Assembly (NCBI RefSeq): GCF_009914755.1
Contig: NC_060934.1
Direction: 5' to 3' (one strand)
Source of the DNA: the human T2T-CHM13v2.0 reference genome, Homo sapiens
Length of the DNA stretch: 64,000 bases
The notes under the pieces were generated by a model. The model was not told the DNA's origin. It saw nothing but the letters and a program-made list of their open reading frames with translations, and searched no databases. Below, piece by piece: positions 27,113 through 40,772 of the stretch; the first letter of the stretch is position 1; the number at the start of each line of letters is the position of its first letter. A program made the translations under genes and the position numbers.

Positions 27113-30100
27113 CCTGCCACCTGGACACAGTGCAACCTGAGTGTGATATCGCAAACTAACAGCTCTGCACTGGGGCAGTAGGGTCAGCAGTGTGAATTTT
27201 ATTTAAACTCACAAGATGTAAATATCATACCACGTTCAGAATGGAGCTTTTTGGATGCCTATTCTTCTGTCTCATTTCATAAATTCCCGAAGACAGTGAA
27301 AGGCAATGCAGATGGGCTTAATTATTATCTTCTTCTGCCTGAGCATGCTGTGAGAAAAGATTAACGGGAGGGAGAGAAAGAAGAGATAAAATATCCATGA
27401 CACAAATTAGTATTTAGCATACATTTTGAAATCATGCTGTTTCTGCCAGCTTCATGCGTCTTGCCTCATGCTTCTCAACATACAGCAGACCACGACTCCT
27501 AATTTCTAGCTTGATCATATTACTATCTATGTTTCAAGCACATTTTCTCCTAGGTTTCTGATATCTCCAAATGTCTTGCACTATATAATTCTGCAGAGAA
27601 AGTATGAAAGTTGATCAGGATAAAACATAGAGAATCCTGCTTTAAAGGAGGGCAAACAGACCCTTGGTACCATTCTCGCCATTGTTCTTGAAGCTTGAGA
27701 AATTCTAGGTTGTGTGCTGAGCAGTTACAGGAGCTGTGGTATTAACGAACTGCCACATTAAATAAAAATAGGTTCGTACATTATGCACAATGAGTTGCCA
27801 TGTTTAGCGTCTATTTCAATACTCATGGAAATAAGTTGAAGCACCTTGTTTAGTGCTATAATTTAAGAACTACTCTATGTAATGCAAGCCAAAGATGAAA
27901 TATGTTCATTTCAGCAGCAGCAAGCATATCTGAATGGAACCATCCTCTCGTTAGTAAGTGACTTCCAGGCAGCAGCTAAGGTGCAGTGTGATGAGGAGCA
28001 GTAGCAAAGCCCATCCCTGCACCAGCCCCCACCCTGCACCCCCAATTCCTGCCGCTGAACTTCTTCCTTGAAATTACCCAAGGGGAACGTTTTCCTCTGT
28101 GCCCTGCCGAAATTGTGCCCAGTCCTGTGCATCTCCCTAGTGGGTCCAGGACTCAGGACTCTGAACGGGCTGACAAGGGCACCTGGCCTCGGGCCTTGAA
28201 GGCAACCCCAGGAGTTCGAGTTTAGAACTCGGGAAGCAGGAACAGCTAAGGGCTACTTTGGAGGGGGCTTGTGTGTCTATGACCCGGCCTGAAGAAACAA
28301 TGATCAGTGAAAACGTTCTTGGCTCATGACAATCCGTGCTTCCGGCTTTGTCAAGGATGTTCAAATGGAGAAGATGAATCATTGGAAAATTGTGAAGAGG
28401 AAGAAATGAGTGTTCCTTTTGCACCTTCTTTATTGCTTCTGTCCTCCACCAAATATCCCCCAAAACCCTCCACTCAGGGCTCCTTGCACTAATGAGAGAG
28501 AACACAGTCTGCGGAAAACATTGTGCAGGGAAAACCCTCGGCATCCAGTATGAGGGACAGACTTCTAGGATGTCCAGCTCCATGTGCCAGGCCCCAGGGC
28601 ACCCCAGCAATGACATAGGACTTCCACCTTCCCAGGTGCCCGGAGCTTTGGAGATGGTGTTGTCAAGAGCAGTGAGACGCATAGCACAGTCTCCACTGCC
28701 CCCATTGTCCCGGAATGAAAACGACACCCGCAACAGTCTGAGCAGCAGGGACACCCTGATCTTCCCGGGACTCGGCTTGCTTTGCAGCCTGGGCCACTGT
28801 CTTCTGTACCGCAGTCACTGCATAGCCAGCCCCGCAGGTGCCCCCACTGTATTTCCTAGAGAGAGCTGACTTCAGTCACTTGCCATATCAAGGAGAAAAT
28901 GGTGAACATAGTGGCCGTCTATTTCATCAAAAGAGCAGGGCTACAGGTTCGTTTATTACTCATCCAACCCAAAGAAGAATCCTCTCTTCCTGGTTATGAT
29001 CGCAGGCCAACCTCTGCCCAAGTGCCCCTCAAGTGAGGGACACACACAGTTGAATGGGCCCGCACCTGCTCATGGCACAGACTCAGCTGCTGTGTCTCTG
29101 TTGTGAGTCCCGGCACATGGGAAAAGCCAGTGGATGTTTAAGTCAATGAAGATCTAGAGAGAGAGAGATCAAACGATTTTGTCTCCTCCACTGACATGAA
29201 CCATAAAGAAGAACCTTGAATGCATATTTTCCATTGCATAAAAAGGATTGGTACCGTTAAAACTATAAGAAGCTATTTTGAAAAAATGGAGAACTCTGAA
29301 ACATGAATAACTGGAAACAAAGACGACAGTAACTATATCAAGTCTCTGAATACTGTGACTCACACAGGACCCTAGTGAGACTTTATGCGGTGACTCAGGA
29401 GTTTGTGCTGGGAAACTAGTCTATGACATAGAGAAAATTTTTTAATAAAATGAATATTATGAGAGAAAACCTACGAGCCATGAAAGAAAATAGAACCAGC
29501 ACTTGTCAACTCTCCATAGGAAGTCCAGATGAGAAAGGAATAATAAAGAGGGAGTGATCAAAGACGTCACAAAAGAACATTCTCCTGAAATAAAAATACA
29601 CTCAGTTTTCCATCTCGAAAGGGATCACTGAGTCTAGGGGAGATTCAAAAAGTAAAAAGATACACACGTGCTAGTAAAGATCTTAAGTTAAAAAATGAAG
29701 AATTCAATAAGTTTCCAAATAGAGAAAATAAATTGTCTGCCAGGAAATGACCACATTAGCATCAGACACACTAACTTTGATAACAACAACATCAACCCCA
29801 CAGTCTTGTGAAGGTTGAATCAGTGTAAAGATTTTAGTTCAATGACTTGTAAACATAAGGTCCTATATACATTTTGTGTTTATTATTATTGAACATAGTT
29901 ATTGCTACGGGGAGTAAACTCATTTTTGTACCACTATGAGATTGCAGAATTCTACTCTTAGAATTTTAGAATAGGTTAAAGTGTTCTTCATAGTTTTCAC
30001 AGGACAAAGGACATTTTCAAACAAGTGTGGAATAAGAAACACTTTCAGAAGAGTAGATACTTGTGAAATAAGCGTCTGAAATCTGTCAAATTAAAATCTG

Positions 30101-30874
30101 AATCGGGAATATAAGTGGAAGAGTGGGGCTAAAGTGACAGGATAAAGAATGTCCATGCGAATGATAAGAGTATCTTCTGGTGCCAGATTTAGAAAAGATT
30201 GAAAATGATAATTTAAATCTAAAGAAAGTATTAAGAATGTAGTCCTACATTTTGTAACAAATATTTTATTACAAATTAGCAATGACTTAGAGCTAAAAGT
30301 CTGCATAAGTTTAATAGAGTCATGGGTATAGGAGAATAAAAGCTAAAATTTTGTTGAAAGTCTCGTGATGGGTTAGGATGCTGGTCTGAATTATTACATA
30401 CTTCTTGAATCATGTTTAATTATGTTTTTCTCATAAATGAAAACAGCCAGTAGAAACACTGAAAAAGTAGAAAACATTTATGGAGAAATTTTACAACTCA
30501 GAGCAAGGGAAAGAATAATGAAAACACAAAAGAAATGATTAAAAGAAAAATATAGAACACGTTGTGAACAAGACTTAATCTAAAAATGATATGAGTGAAA
30601 AATTTGAAAATAAAGGAATAGGAAGATTTATAACATAAGAAAGCATATTATATAAGGATGTGATTATTTCATAATGTGTGTTTCAAAGGCAAAAATGTAA
30701 AATTTATAAATATGTTTTTATATCACTAGTTTTCGATACAAAATAAAATGCATTTTATTTCTATATTATTGAAGTCCAATTGAAGCCATTATACTATACA
30801 TATTTAAACTGTGTAATTTAATCAGCATCAGATATTTCTATAAAATCAACAACACAGCTGAGATTACAAAGTCT

Positions 30875-31010
30875 ATTATTTATTTATTTATTTAGTACAG
30901 ACAGGGTCTTGCTGTGTTGCCCAGGCTGGTCTGAAACTCCTGGCCTCGAGCAGTCCTCCTGCCTTGGCCTCCCAAAGTGCTGGGATTACATGCATGAGCC
31001 ACCATGCCCA
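30875..31010 (-). mobile_element. FLAM_C / left Alu monomer
   Basis: ACAGGGTCTTGCTGTGTTGCCCAGGCTGGTCTGAAACTCCTGGCCTCGAGCAGTCCTCC...; (TTTA)n tail. Confidence 0.9.
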
Positions 31011-31152
31011 TACTATTTTATTTTAACATGTAAACTGTTCACACATGTAACTTATTTACATATTTTAATATGTAAATATGCTTAATACTTTAGCCATAAA
31101 TTTTCTCTGACAAGCTATATATTCTGTCTTCATGTTTCTTAAGCATCATGGG

Positions 31153-31535
31153 TGTATTAGTTTTCTAGGGTTGCTGTATGAGCCTACCATAAGCCTTCAA
31201 CAACAGAAATGTGTGTCCTCACAGCTCTGGAGGCTGGACGTCCAGGGTCGAGGTTCGGGCACAGTCGGTTCCTCCTGAGGCCTCTCTCCATGGCTTACGC
31301 ATGGCCCCCTTCCTTCTGTGTCTTCATGAGGTCTTTCCTCTGTGTGTGTCTGTGTCCTAATCTCATTTTATTGCAAGAATACAAGTCCTATTGGATTAGG
31401 GCCCACCCATATGACCTCATTTTAACATAATTATTTTTTTAAATAAAGACCCTACCTCCAAATACAGGCCCATTATGAAGTACAGGGGTTAAGACTTCAA
31501 GATGAATTTTTGTAGTTCACAGTTCAGTCCATAAT
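31153..31535 (-). mobile_element. MLT1A/B MaLR solo LTR
   Basis: TGTATTAGTTTTCTAGGGTTGCTGTA...CTCACAGCTCTGGAGGCTGG...GGATTAGGGCCCACCCATATGACCTCATTTTAAC...CAGTTCAGTCCATAA. Confidence 0.88.
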
Positions 31536-32059
31536 CAGAGTTACTCCAGGTCCCCAAATTCATCTGGTGATCATCCATTTCCACCAGCTGTCAGTCAGCA
31601 TACCTCATTCATTAACAATTAACTACCGCTAGTACCTAATCACTCACTCATTTCTACCATGTGCTTACTGCTTCAGAAAACGTACTGTTTCACCAAAGGC
31701 TATTGAATGTTTGTGAACAACGAAAACACAACAGAGAGAGGTCTATAGTTAGAGGGAACATCTGGAGTCCTGAACACCCTGACTGCAAAGTCAAAGCTGC
31801 TTTGTTGCAAAGGCAGGAGGGGGAGGAGGTGGACACGGCTCACCTGGGACACTGTGGCATTTCTTGGTGATTGATTACCTGAAGTCAGAGTCCAAAGTCT
31901 CAAGCTCTTTGAAGCTCACAAGTAAAACATGACCTTTAATATCAGCTGTTCCCAGCCCAGAGGGACAGAGTCACAAAGCCCAACTCCTACACTTGTGAGA
32001 CAACATGGATGTTTATTGTTTATGCTAGTGAGGGCTTGTGGCTCATGACCTTAGTAAAG

Positions 32060-33860
32060 GGATACAGAGGTTGGGTCTAAAGAACCTAGATCTGACATAA
32101 CAAGACCCTTTTCTGTGTAGCACTGGCCTTTGGACTGGAGATGGGGATGTGAGAAAATTGTGCACAAATCATTGAAAATTGTTGAGGAAAAATACTGAGA
32201 AAATTGTCCCTGGAGGCCAAAAAAATGTGAACCACGTGAGGTGACTGAGAAATGATCACAATTCTCTCACCTGCAAAATACCTGATGAACTTTCAGATGT
32301 GACCAACGGGATCTCCAGCCAAAATATTGAAAGTGCCAGCTACCTGATCTCGGCTGTTTATTGGAAGCTTTCAAAAGTAAAAAAGATGAGTGAAATAAAA
32401 CATTGCCCAGTCTGTACAAGAATTTAGAAGGGATAGAGAGAGCCTGGTCTTGTGGGAATGGAAAATAAAGCCATTTCTGATCTTTCATCTCTTTCCAGCC
32501 AGCAAAAGACTCTCAAAATAATCTATAGCCTGGGGGCACGGACAAAATCAGTGGTGTGGCAGCATGACCCTTGGTGAGGGGCTCTGTCAGGTTTGAGGCT
32601 GTGCCTAATAGACACTTTCAGCTACACACAAAAAATCTTCAAACAGAAGTCCCCAGAAGCCTGACATAGCCAAAGGAGCACAGATAAGACTAGAGAGAGA
32701 AGTCTGTCTAGAAATTAATTATGAGTTTGTCTTTTTTCAGGTGGATTGAAATGGAATCAAATACAAAGAAGTCTGCAGGATTTTCATGGGAGTTGCACAG
32801 GCTCTAGGGACAACAGCATGGACTAAAAGGCACTGAAATTACCCCAAACACAAAGAGATCTGCAGGCTTCCAGATTATCTTGGGGTAGGGGCAGACTGGG
32901 AAATCTACCCAGCCACTGAAATGGCTCCTTTCTTCAGAAATCCAGATGCCACATAAGGTGATGGAGAAGAAAGGACATCTCAGAGTGTGAACCCAGGAGC
33001 CATGCAGACCAGTGGACTGAGGAATGACTCTGGGGGTCAATGAGGCCCAAATCAAAGTGCAATGCTCTCTCCTGGAGGTGCCAGCATTTGCCCTGTGGAT
33101 TTCAGAATTACTAAAGACCAGTGACTGCTCTGTGCTTCTGTGCTCCATCCTTGCAAGTGTTTCTTTCTGTGGAGGTCCTTATTGTGGTTATTCTCTCTCA
33201 CCATTGTACGTTCAAGGTGACTACAACACAGAGATCACCCACTGCTAAGATCAGCTTGTTCTGTCCCCCAGAGAGGTGGCTGATGGTGATGGTAGGATCT
33301 TGAAGCTTCATCATGATATGGTAATTAAATGGGACTTTTGAAGGTCTTGGAAGCATATGATTACAACACAGAAACTGAATAGTTAAAGCCAGAGGTGGGT
33401 GACAGTGGATCAATCGCATTGACAGCCATAATCGATGAACCCTTTTCAATGGGAGCATCTCCTCCAGTCCCAAGGGGGATTCTATTTTCTCACCTGTGAA
33501 TCAGGCTTGAACTTGCTTTGACAGCAGAATGGTTGAGTGTCTCTGTGTCACTTCCCCGCCTGGCCCCTGGAGGTCGTTCTCTTCTGCTTGCTGTCTTGCA
33601 GGTTTCATTTGCTGTCTTGTGGGCCTTGCTTCTGCTGATAACCCTTCCTTCTGGTTAGTTGGCCGCAGGAGGAGAGACCACAGGCAGCCCAGCTGGATCA
33701 GCTCAGAGCAGGTCATCCTAGAACACTCATGCAGATGACAGGCAGCTGGACAAGGGTGTATGCCTGAGCCTGGCCTGGGGAACAGAGCAAAATAGCTGAT
33801 GCAGAGACCTAAATATTCATAGAACAAAAAGTGAAAATTATTTGAATGCTGCATTAGTCA
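32060..33860 (+). mobile_element. Old MLT1 (E-H type) internal segment followed by LTR (~33405-33860)
   Basis: MaLR-int-like motifs, a polypurine-like GCCAGAGGTGGGTGACAGTGG, then ACTTGCTTTGACAGCAGAATGG...GTGTCACTTCC typical of old MLT1 LTRs. Boundaries approximate. Confidence 0.55.
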
Positions 33861-33955
33861 ATTCATAACAGGAAAATTGCAAGTGCATTATAATTTTTCT
33901 ATTTTGAAACACAGGAACTTTTTGCGGGGATTTACAAGTGGTTTCATAAGCCATC

Positions 33956-33986
<31 letters not shown>

Positions 33987-35618
33987 GCACAATGAGTAAA
34001 TAACATCAGTTTTTATGTATTTGTAAATGTTAGTTAATTAGTGAATTAAACCTTTTTAAAACCCACCCGTACAATTTGTATGTAGCAAATAAAAGGAGAG
34101 AAATATAAAACACAATTTATAAATTTATATACAAAGTATAATTTGAGCAAGTTGTGTAAAGATTATGAAATATGAAGATTTTGTTCTTCATAGTTATGAA
34201 ATTAATGATTTCATACTATCTTTAGAGTAATTTAAGAATGTGTAAAAAATGGCTCCATTATGGAATTTTGTATATTTATTTAATCTATTTCTTGTCCCAA
34301 TGTGAAATTTTACATTCTAAAATGTGTGTTAAGTTGGTGTCATTATGACAATAACATTTTCTTATTTTTAGTTTTAAATTTGAGTCATGAAACAAACAAC
34401 TATTTATATTAAAAAGTTCAATTCAAGTTCTGCCACATGGAATCGTTATTTTAATAAATGGAGTATTGCTATTACTATTATAAATAACATTAGTATCAGT
34501 ATTCTGCTAACACTACCCTTCATTACCTGAGCAAGAAAACAACTTTATTGCATCCACTAGAAATTCTTCCTATGTACAATAGAAAGCACCATATATTTAA
34601 ATTTCATTTTTTCAGAGAGAATGTTCTTAATGTTGTGTTTAAGTTCAGAAGTTTCAGGATAACATAGTAGCCAGGTTTTTATTTTTTTTCATTTACCTCA
34701 TGATTTTCTTTGAGTAAGTTATGGAAAATCCACAAGGCTTATTTTTATTTGGTAAATCGAAATAATAATAATAATATCTATAAAATATGATCATTGTGAG
34801 GAATAAGTGGTATGTATAAACAGGATAGAATATAGTAGTTTATTTGCTTCCCAGAATGGAGTTGAAATAAAGGTACAAAACAGACGTTTTCTCCAAAACT
34901 CACTAATGAAATTAAGACTGGTCCAAACCAAAGAAAAAATAAAAGCCCATGTAGTCCCTAGATAGTAAAAATAATCTGAGAATTTATGTAGATGGACCCA
35001 AATCTGAGAAGAAGACTCAAGCGTCCTGCCTTCCTCTCTCCGGATGAGTTGAGTTGTAGGGGAAACAGTGACCGAGGGAGATGGACCCAGAGGGTGAGGA
35101 CCCGTGGGAGTGGCGCTCTGTGGCTGAACTGAAGAGTCCACGGCTTCCGACTAAACCGGACAAATGGCTCAAGCCAAGGGCAACCCACTTCAATCCCTTG
35201 GGAACTTTAGACAGCGTTGCCTACGTGAAACGAGTCCTGAAGCAGGAGGGTGAAGAACGGTCTGAACAGAGCTGCCCAAGCTTGGAAATATGAAAATTGT
35301 CTTTTGACAATTACATAAGCGCACTGTAAGAAAAGAATCAAAGACAGTCAAAGAAAAAAATGAAAGCAGGCAAAATAAAATTAATTCATTACATAAAATA
35401 GAAAAAATAAAACAAGAATTTGAATGAAATCCACAAGGACAGTTCATGGTAGATAAAAATGTAAGCGTAGTATGGAGTTAGGTAACGAAGAGATTTTTTA
35501 AATGACATGATGAAACAACGTAGAGATTCACATGCACGACCTAAAGATCACCATGGCAGATCTGATCAACACAATAGCAAAGAATGGGAGATGCTGCCAG
35601 CAAGGAGAAAGACAGACA

Positions 35619-35803
35619 CCCTGGGCGCACGGGTGCCTGGCCGTGGAGGAATCCGTCCTGGGCGCGCAGGTGCCTGGGAGTGGAGGAATCCGCCCTGGGC
35701 GCGCAGGTGCCTGGGTGTGGAGGAATCTGCCCTGGGAGTTCAGGTGCCTGGATGTGGAGGAATGTGCCCTGGGCGAGCAGGTGTCTGGGTGTGGAGGACT
35801 CTG
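35619..35803. repeat. 37-bp GC-rich minisatellite, 5 copies
   Basis: CCCTGGGCGCGCAGGTGCCTGGGTGTGGAGGAATCCG-type unit at 35619, 35656, 35693, 35730, 35767. Confidence 0.95.
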
Positions 35804-35931
35804 CTGTAAGCTCCAACTACATGCTGCAGTAGATGGATCAGACAAGGCTCGGCCCAGACAAACTCATCGCACAAGACGTCCTTCTCCGCTGGCTAAATTC
35901 AGGACCCTTTGGAAATTGCATGCGCTGCTTG

Positions 35932-36522
35932 GTACAGGTGGAACTGTGTCCCCCCCCACCCCAACGTGTATATGTTGAAGCTCTAACCTCTAGCATCTCA
36001 GAATGTGACTGCATTCAAAAACTGTGTGCAGAGCTAATGTCTTGAAAGAGGAAGTAAAGTAAAATGAGGCTGTCGGGGTGGCCTAATCCAAGGTGACTGG
36101 TGTCCTTATAAAAAACAGGAGATTAGGACACAGACAAATGCGGAAGGGTGACCCTGTGAGGATACAGGGACAAGATGCCATCTGGAAGCCAAGGAGAGAC
36201 CCTGGGAGGAGCCAGTCCTGGCCACCCCTTGATCTTAGACTTCCAGCCTCCAGGACTGTGAGACAATATATTTCTGCTGTTTAAGCTGCTGAGACTGTCT
36301 TCTTCTTCTCCTTCTCCTTCTTCTTCTTCTTCTTCTTCTTCTTCTTCTTCTTCTTCTTCTTCTTCTTCTTCTTCTTCTTCTTCTTCTTCTTCTTCTCCTT
36401 CTCCTTCTCCTTCTCCTTCTCCTTCTCCTTCTCCTTCTCCTTCTTCTTCTTCTTCTTCTTCTTCTTCTTCTTCTTCTTCTTCTTTCTTCTTCTTTTTTTT
36501 TTTGGCTAACCTAGTAAATGAT
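35932..36522 (+). mobile_element. MLT1B solo LTR interrupted near its 3' end by a (TTC)n expansion
   Basis: GAACTGTGTCCCC...ATATGTTGAAGCTCTAACC...CAGAATGTGACT...GACTTCCAGCCTCCAGGACTGTGAGACAATA...GTTTAAGC. A terminal-like GGCTAACCTAGTAAA follows the repeat. Confidence 0.85.
36298..36503. repeat. Compound (TTC)n/(TCCTTC)n/(T)n microsatellite
   Basis: About 206 nt of uninterrupted pyrimidines. The longest pure run is ~26 TTC (36318-36395). Confidence 0.98.
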
Positions 36523-37089
36523 TGAATGGTCTAAGTTTCCGTTGAGCTGTGGTGTTGGCATGTGAGAGGGCGGGTTGGTTTAGGTACGACGTTTCCCAGC
36601 AGCAGTCCATGCCAGAAGACACGATCAGCCCCCATGTAATTCTGAGGAATAAACATGACTGTGCAGGGATATTGCATCCAGCTGGGTTTTCATCCAGGTT
36701 CAAAGTTTCAGCAAAGCAGGCAGCCCCTCTCAACCACAAAGAATCACAGGAAAAGGCACACTGATTCCATCAGAAGCTCCAACCCAATGACAAACCCCAG
36801 CCAATTAAACGCAGTGAAAAACTCAAGTTCAGATTAGAGAAACTGTGATAAAGAGATGAATACTGAGCACGTAAACATAAAGCTGTCCTGGATAATTAAG
36901 GGCATTTTGGTCACAGAAATAACAGAGATATCATACATGTCGGCAGTGGAAAAAAAATAATAGAACCAAGAATTCAGGAATTACAGAGAAGGGGAGAAAG
37001 ATTTAGGGGTTCAATGTCCTGAATTTCCCTTACAACAATCACATATGTAGAGAAACCGATAACTACAATGTATATAATTCACACTTCTT

Positions 37090-37398
<309 letters not shown>

Positions 37399-39439
37399 AT
37401 AATCTTTATGTTTTTCCTCACACTTCCTTCTATCTTGAGATTGGTAACTTAGGAAATATCTTGTTAGAAAGAAACATTTCCTTAAAGTTCAATTATGCTT
37501 TCGGTTTAAGTTAATTTTTGTCATAATACAGAATTCGAGTAAGATTAAAATCAAATATTAAAATACCATGTAGACTCCAATTCCTTTTATTATTGAAGAA
37601 TGGCTCTTCCTTTGTCTCTCACATCATTTATCTACCTGACTTTAAATTTTGATTTACACAAACTCAAGCACGCAAACACACACACACACACAGACACACA
37701 CACACACAGTGATATTTTCTTGATTAATAATTACCTAATAAAAATTACTTAATACAAATTCTGGTGTTAAAATTGGGGATAATGTATCGTGTCTTGCTTG
37801 TGTTATTTGTCTTGCTTGAATATCTACAGTGGGTTTATGCCATTTAAAAAATAAAATAAAATTACTATTCTACTAAAAATTAGGTAGCAGTTGTTAAGTT
37901 ACAGACATAAAGTTAGGTTGTTTCAGGATAAATTTTTCTCTCTCCTTGCATCATCTGTGTGCCATGGTCTTCCTTTTCTTCTCTTCTTCTATTTTATGTT
38001 GTTTGTTCTTCCTCCTGTGACAGCATCTGTGTGGGAGGATGGTGCCGCTATCGGGAGGTGCAGGAAATATGCGTGGTGAAATGAAGATGGCTGTGTTAGT
38101 GACCTGCACCCTTTCTAGCCTAATCATTCTACCATTTTCAAGAGGAGTTTCCAACTCTTTCTTTTCTTAAGTTCTGTTTCTATGGCAACATCTCCTCCTA
38201 GCTTGCCATCTATACACATTTATTATCCTATCACTGGCATTTACTTATTACCTCTTATTTTTTAACATGAGTCCATTACATCCTCTTATGTTCTGTCTTG
38301 CCTGCATTCTGGTTTCGGGGCTTGCAGAATTTGGCTCCCATACACACACCTGTAGCTCTGGCGTCAGTATTTATGCTTACAGGACACACACTCAACCTCC
38401 TTTCCATTCTTTTCCACTTTCTCCCCCAAGATCTTCATTAACAAAAAAATGCATTATATCCTTTCAATCTCACTCAAGTGAATCTAACTTGCTTCTAGCT
38501 CACTTTATTCTTAGTGGTTTTCGAAAGAGTACCTGTATTGACACATAACACCAGCACAACCTTCCTAGTCACTGTTACTAAGAAACAGAACTCTGGAAGT
38601 CACAGGTTCAGTTTTTGACTCTTAGAGAAATTATTTTCTGCTGAGCACTCTTCTCTTTTCTAGGACTCAAATTTTTCAAAATTGTTTTTCCTCTAAGAGT
38701 TTGAAAAAAACCAGCTCTTCATCTCTGACATTTTCCTCTTTCCCAGTGGAGGCATGGGATGCCATCAGTTTATTGCTAATTAACCTCCCACAGTCTGCAT
38801 CTGAGTAAATGACTTAGTGAGACTCGTAGTCTTGAACATTTACAGGGTTAGATTGTCTTAAACCATAACCACATATTCTAAAGATAGTTAAGCGGTTTTG
38901 CACAGCCATTGCAGATTCAAATAAAAACAGTTTTTATACTCTTATCAGATAGTAAATGGAGGCTTTGAACATGAACGAGAACCTGGTTCTGAAAGACCTG
39001 GACAGGACACACAGTGGTGCTTGTGGGACATATAGGCTTGCAGAGGGCGTGGTGAGCACAGCAATGATGGGGCAGCTGTGGCCACAGAGCCTTCCAGAAT
39101 AGGAGTGACAAAAATGAGGGTGATGCCAAAATCAGCTCCCCAAATAAATGGATTACAGAATCCAATCAATAGCAAGAAATATTTACAGGCGGTCCCTGAA
39201 ATAATCTTTTAGGGCTAAGTAACTGGATGTTTTTTCTTTTCAGATTCAGATCTCACAATCACAGCTGGAGAAAACAGTAAAGGATGCACTCAGTAAACCT
39301 TGCCCTCAGGACAGACTTGGGTAAGGAGAGGGCATCTGCATCCAGGACACTGTCTATTCTATTACAAATGATTTCAGTTTTTCTATTTACATTCTAACTT
39401 TTATATTTTGGCTTTTAAAAGTGGTCTTCTTTGTAGCTT

Positions 39440-39545
39440 GAAAGGGAAGGAGGAAATGGAGAAGGAGAGAAGGAAGGGAGGGGAGAGGAATGGAGGAGAG
39501 CAGGGGAGGGAAGAGGAAGGGAGGAGGATAGGGGAAGGGAGAGCC
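39440..39545. repeat. Purine-rich (GGA/GGGA) low-complexity tract
   Basis: About 105 nt that are almost entirely A/G. Confidence 0.85.
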
Positions 39546-39599
39546 CTCTGCAGTTGACTTAGAAACCAATGTTGGCATCTCTTACTTGTTTGGGCTGCT

Positions 39600-39935
39600 G
39601 ACAACTTTACGTCTACTCTGCCACCTCTGAATTTGGGTGCAGCCATGTGACTTGCTTTGCCAATTAAATGTGAGCAAGCATAAGAGATGTTTTTTCCAAA
39701 GGGTCACTTTAAGTGCTAGGGAAGATCTTCCATATTTCTTTTTTTCTCCTGCTGGACAATGGAAAACATGCCTTGAGATGGTCCCCAGCCAGGGTCCCTA
39801 AGTGTCCTTAGTGAGCTAAACGTCTCCATCAATCCACATGGACAAGCACCAAAACAGGGAAATACACCTCTGTCATGAGTCCACTGAGACGTGGGGATTT
39901 TTGTCACTGTAGCTGACGTCCCTCTTCTTGACTAA
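39600..39935 (+). mobile_element. Old MLT1 (I/J-type) LTR
   Basis: GCCATGTGACTTGCTTTGCCAATTAAATGTGAGCA...CAGCCAGGGTCCCTAAGTG...GTCCACTGAGACGTGGGGATTTTTGTCACTGTAGC. Confidence 0.75.
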
Positions 39936-40376
39936 GCCATCCCATTAGTTCCTTCAGGAACAGATGGTGCCTTTTGTTAATGTTTATGTCCCAAACCTAG
40001 GGATTTGATGATCCTCTTGCATTGAATGAATGTTCTGCACAAAATATGATAAAAGGAGACTTGGAATTCAACTCATCAAACATACAATTTCTGTCTCACA
40101 AATTCTCATCTTACATAGGACATGCACCATCTTGACAGACTTTCTCAGTCTTTGACAAGGATATTAACTGTGCCCTAAAGACATTTTTTCCCATTCTGAA
40201 AATGTTGAAATGGGCAAGTGTGTTAGGATAGGAGACTGTGGAGCCCTCCCAAGGTGCTTGTGTTCTATGGTCTGTTCCTTTGATGACAATTTCCTTAGGT
40301 GTACCAGTGCATTGCTGAAGCAATGAAATTTGGAGTGTTTTCATTCTATGTTCCCAGGAGAATATTTATGGCGGGG

Positions 40377-40772
40377 TGAATTAGTCTGTTTTCACATTGC
40401 TATAAAGAACTACCTGAGACTTGGTAATTTATGAAGAAATGAGGTTTAATTGACTCACAGTTCCACAGACCATACAGAAGCCATGGCAGGAAAGGCCTCA
40501 GGAAACTTACGATCATGGCGGACTGCAAAAGGGAAACAAACACATCTTCACATGGCCAGCAGGAGAGAGAGAGCAAAGGGGAACGTGACACATATTTTAA
40601 ACAACCAGATCTCATGACAAATTGTGAGAAAGAGATAGCACTAGGAGGATGGTGCTAAACCATTAGAAACCACCCCTGTGAGCCAATCACCTCCCACCAA
40701 TTCCCACCTCTAACACTGGGGATTACAATTCAACATGAGATTTGGATGGAGACACAGATCCAAACCATATCA
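40377..40772 (-). mobile_element. MSTA/THE1D-type MaLR solo LTR
   Basis: ATTAGTCTGTTTTCACATTGCTATAAAGAACTACCTGAGAC...GGATGGTGCTAAACC...CCAAACCATATCA; 5-bp TSD CGGGG/CAGGG. Confidence 0.92.

Noticed and set aside
26836-27159. Repetitive ORFs and a CRISPR-like look of the 27-bp repeats
   Set aside because: Units are head-to-tail with no unique spacers, in primate DNA; this is an ordinary minisatellite.
28137-28869. 205-aa and 125-aa ORFs in a GC-richer patch
   Set aside because: No recognisable domain or homology, and no convincing splice or promoter context. Such ORFs are expected by chance at this GC content.
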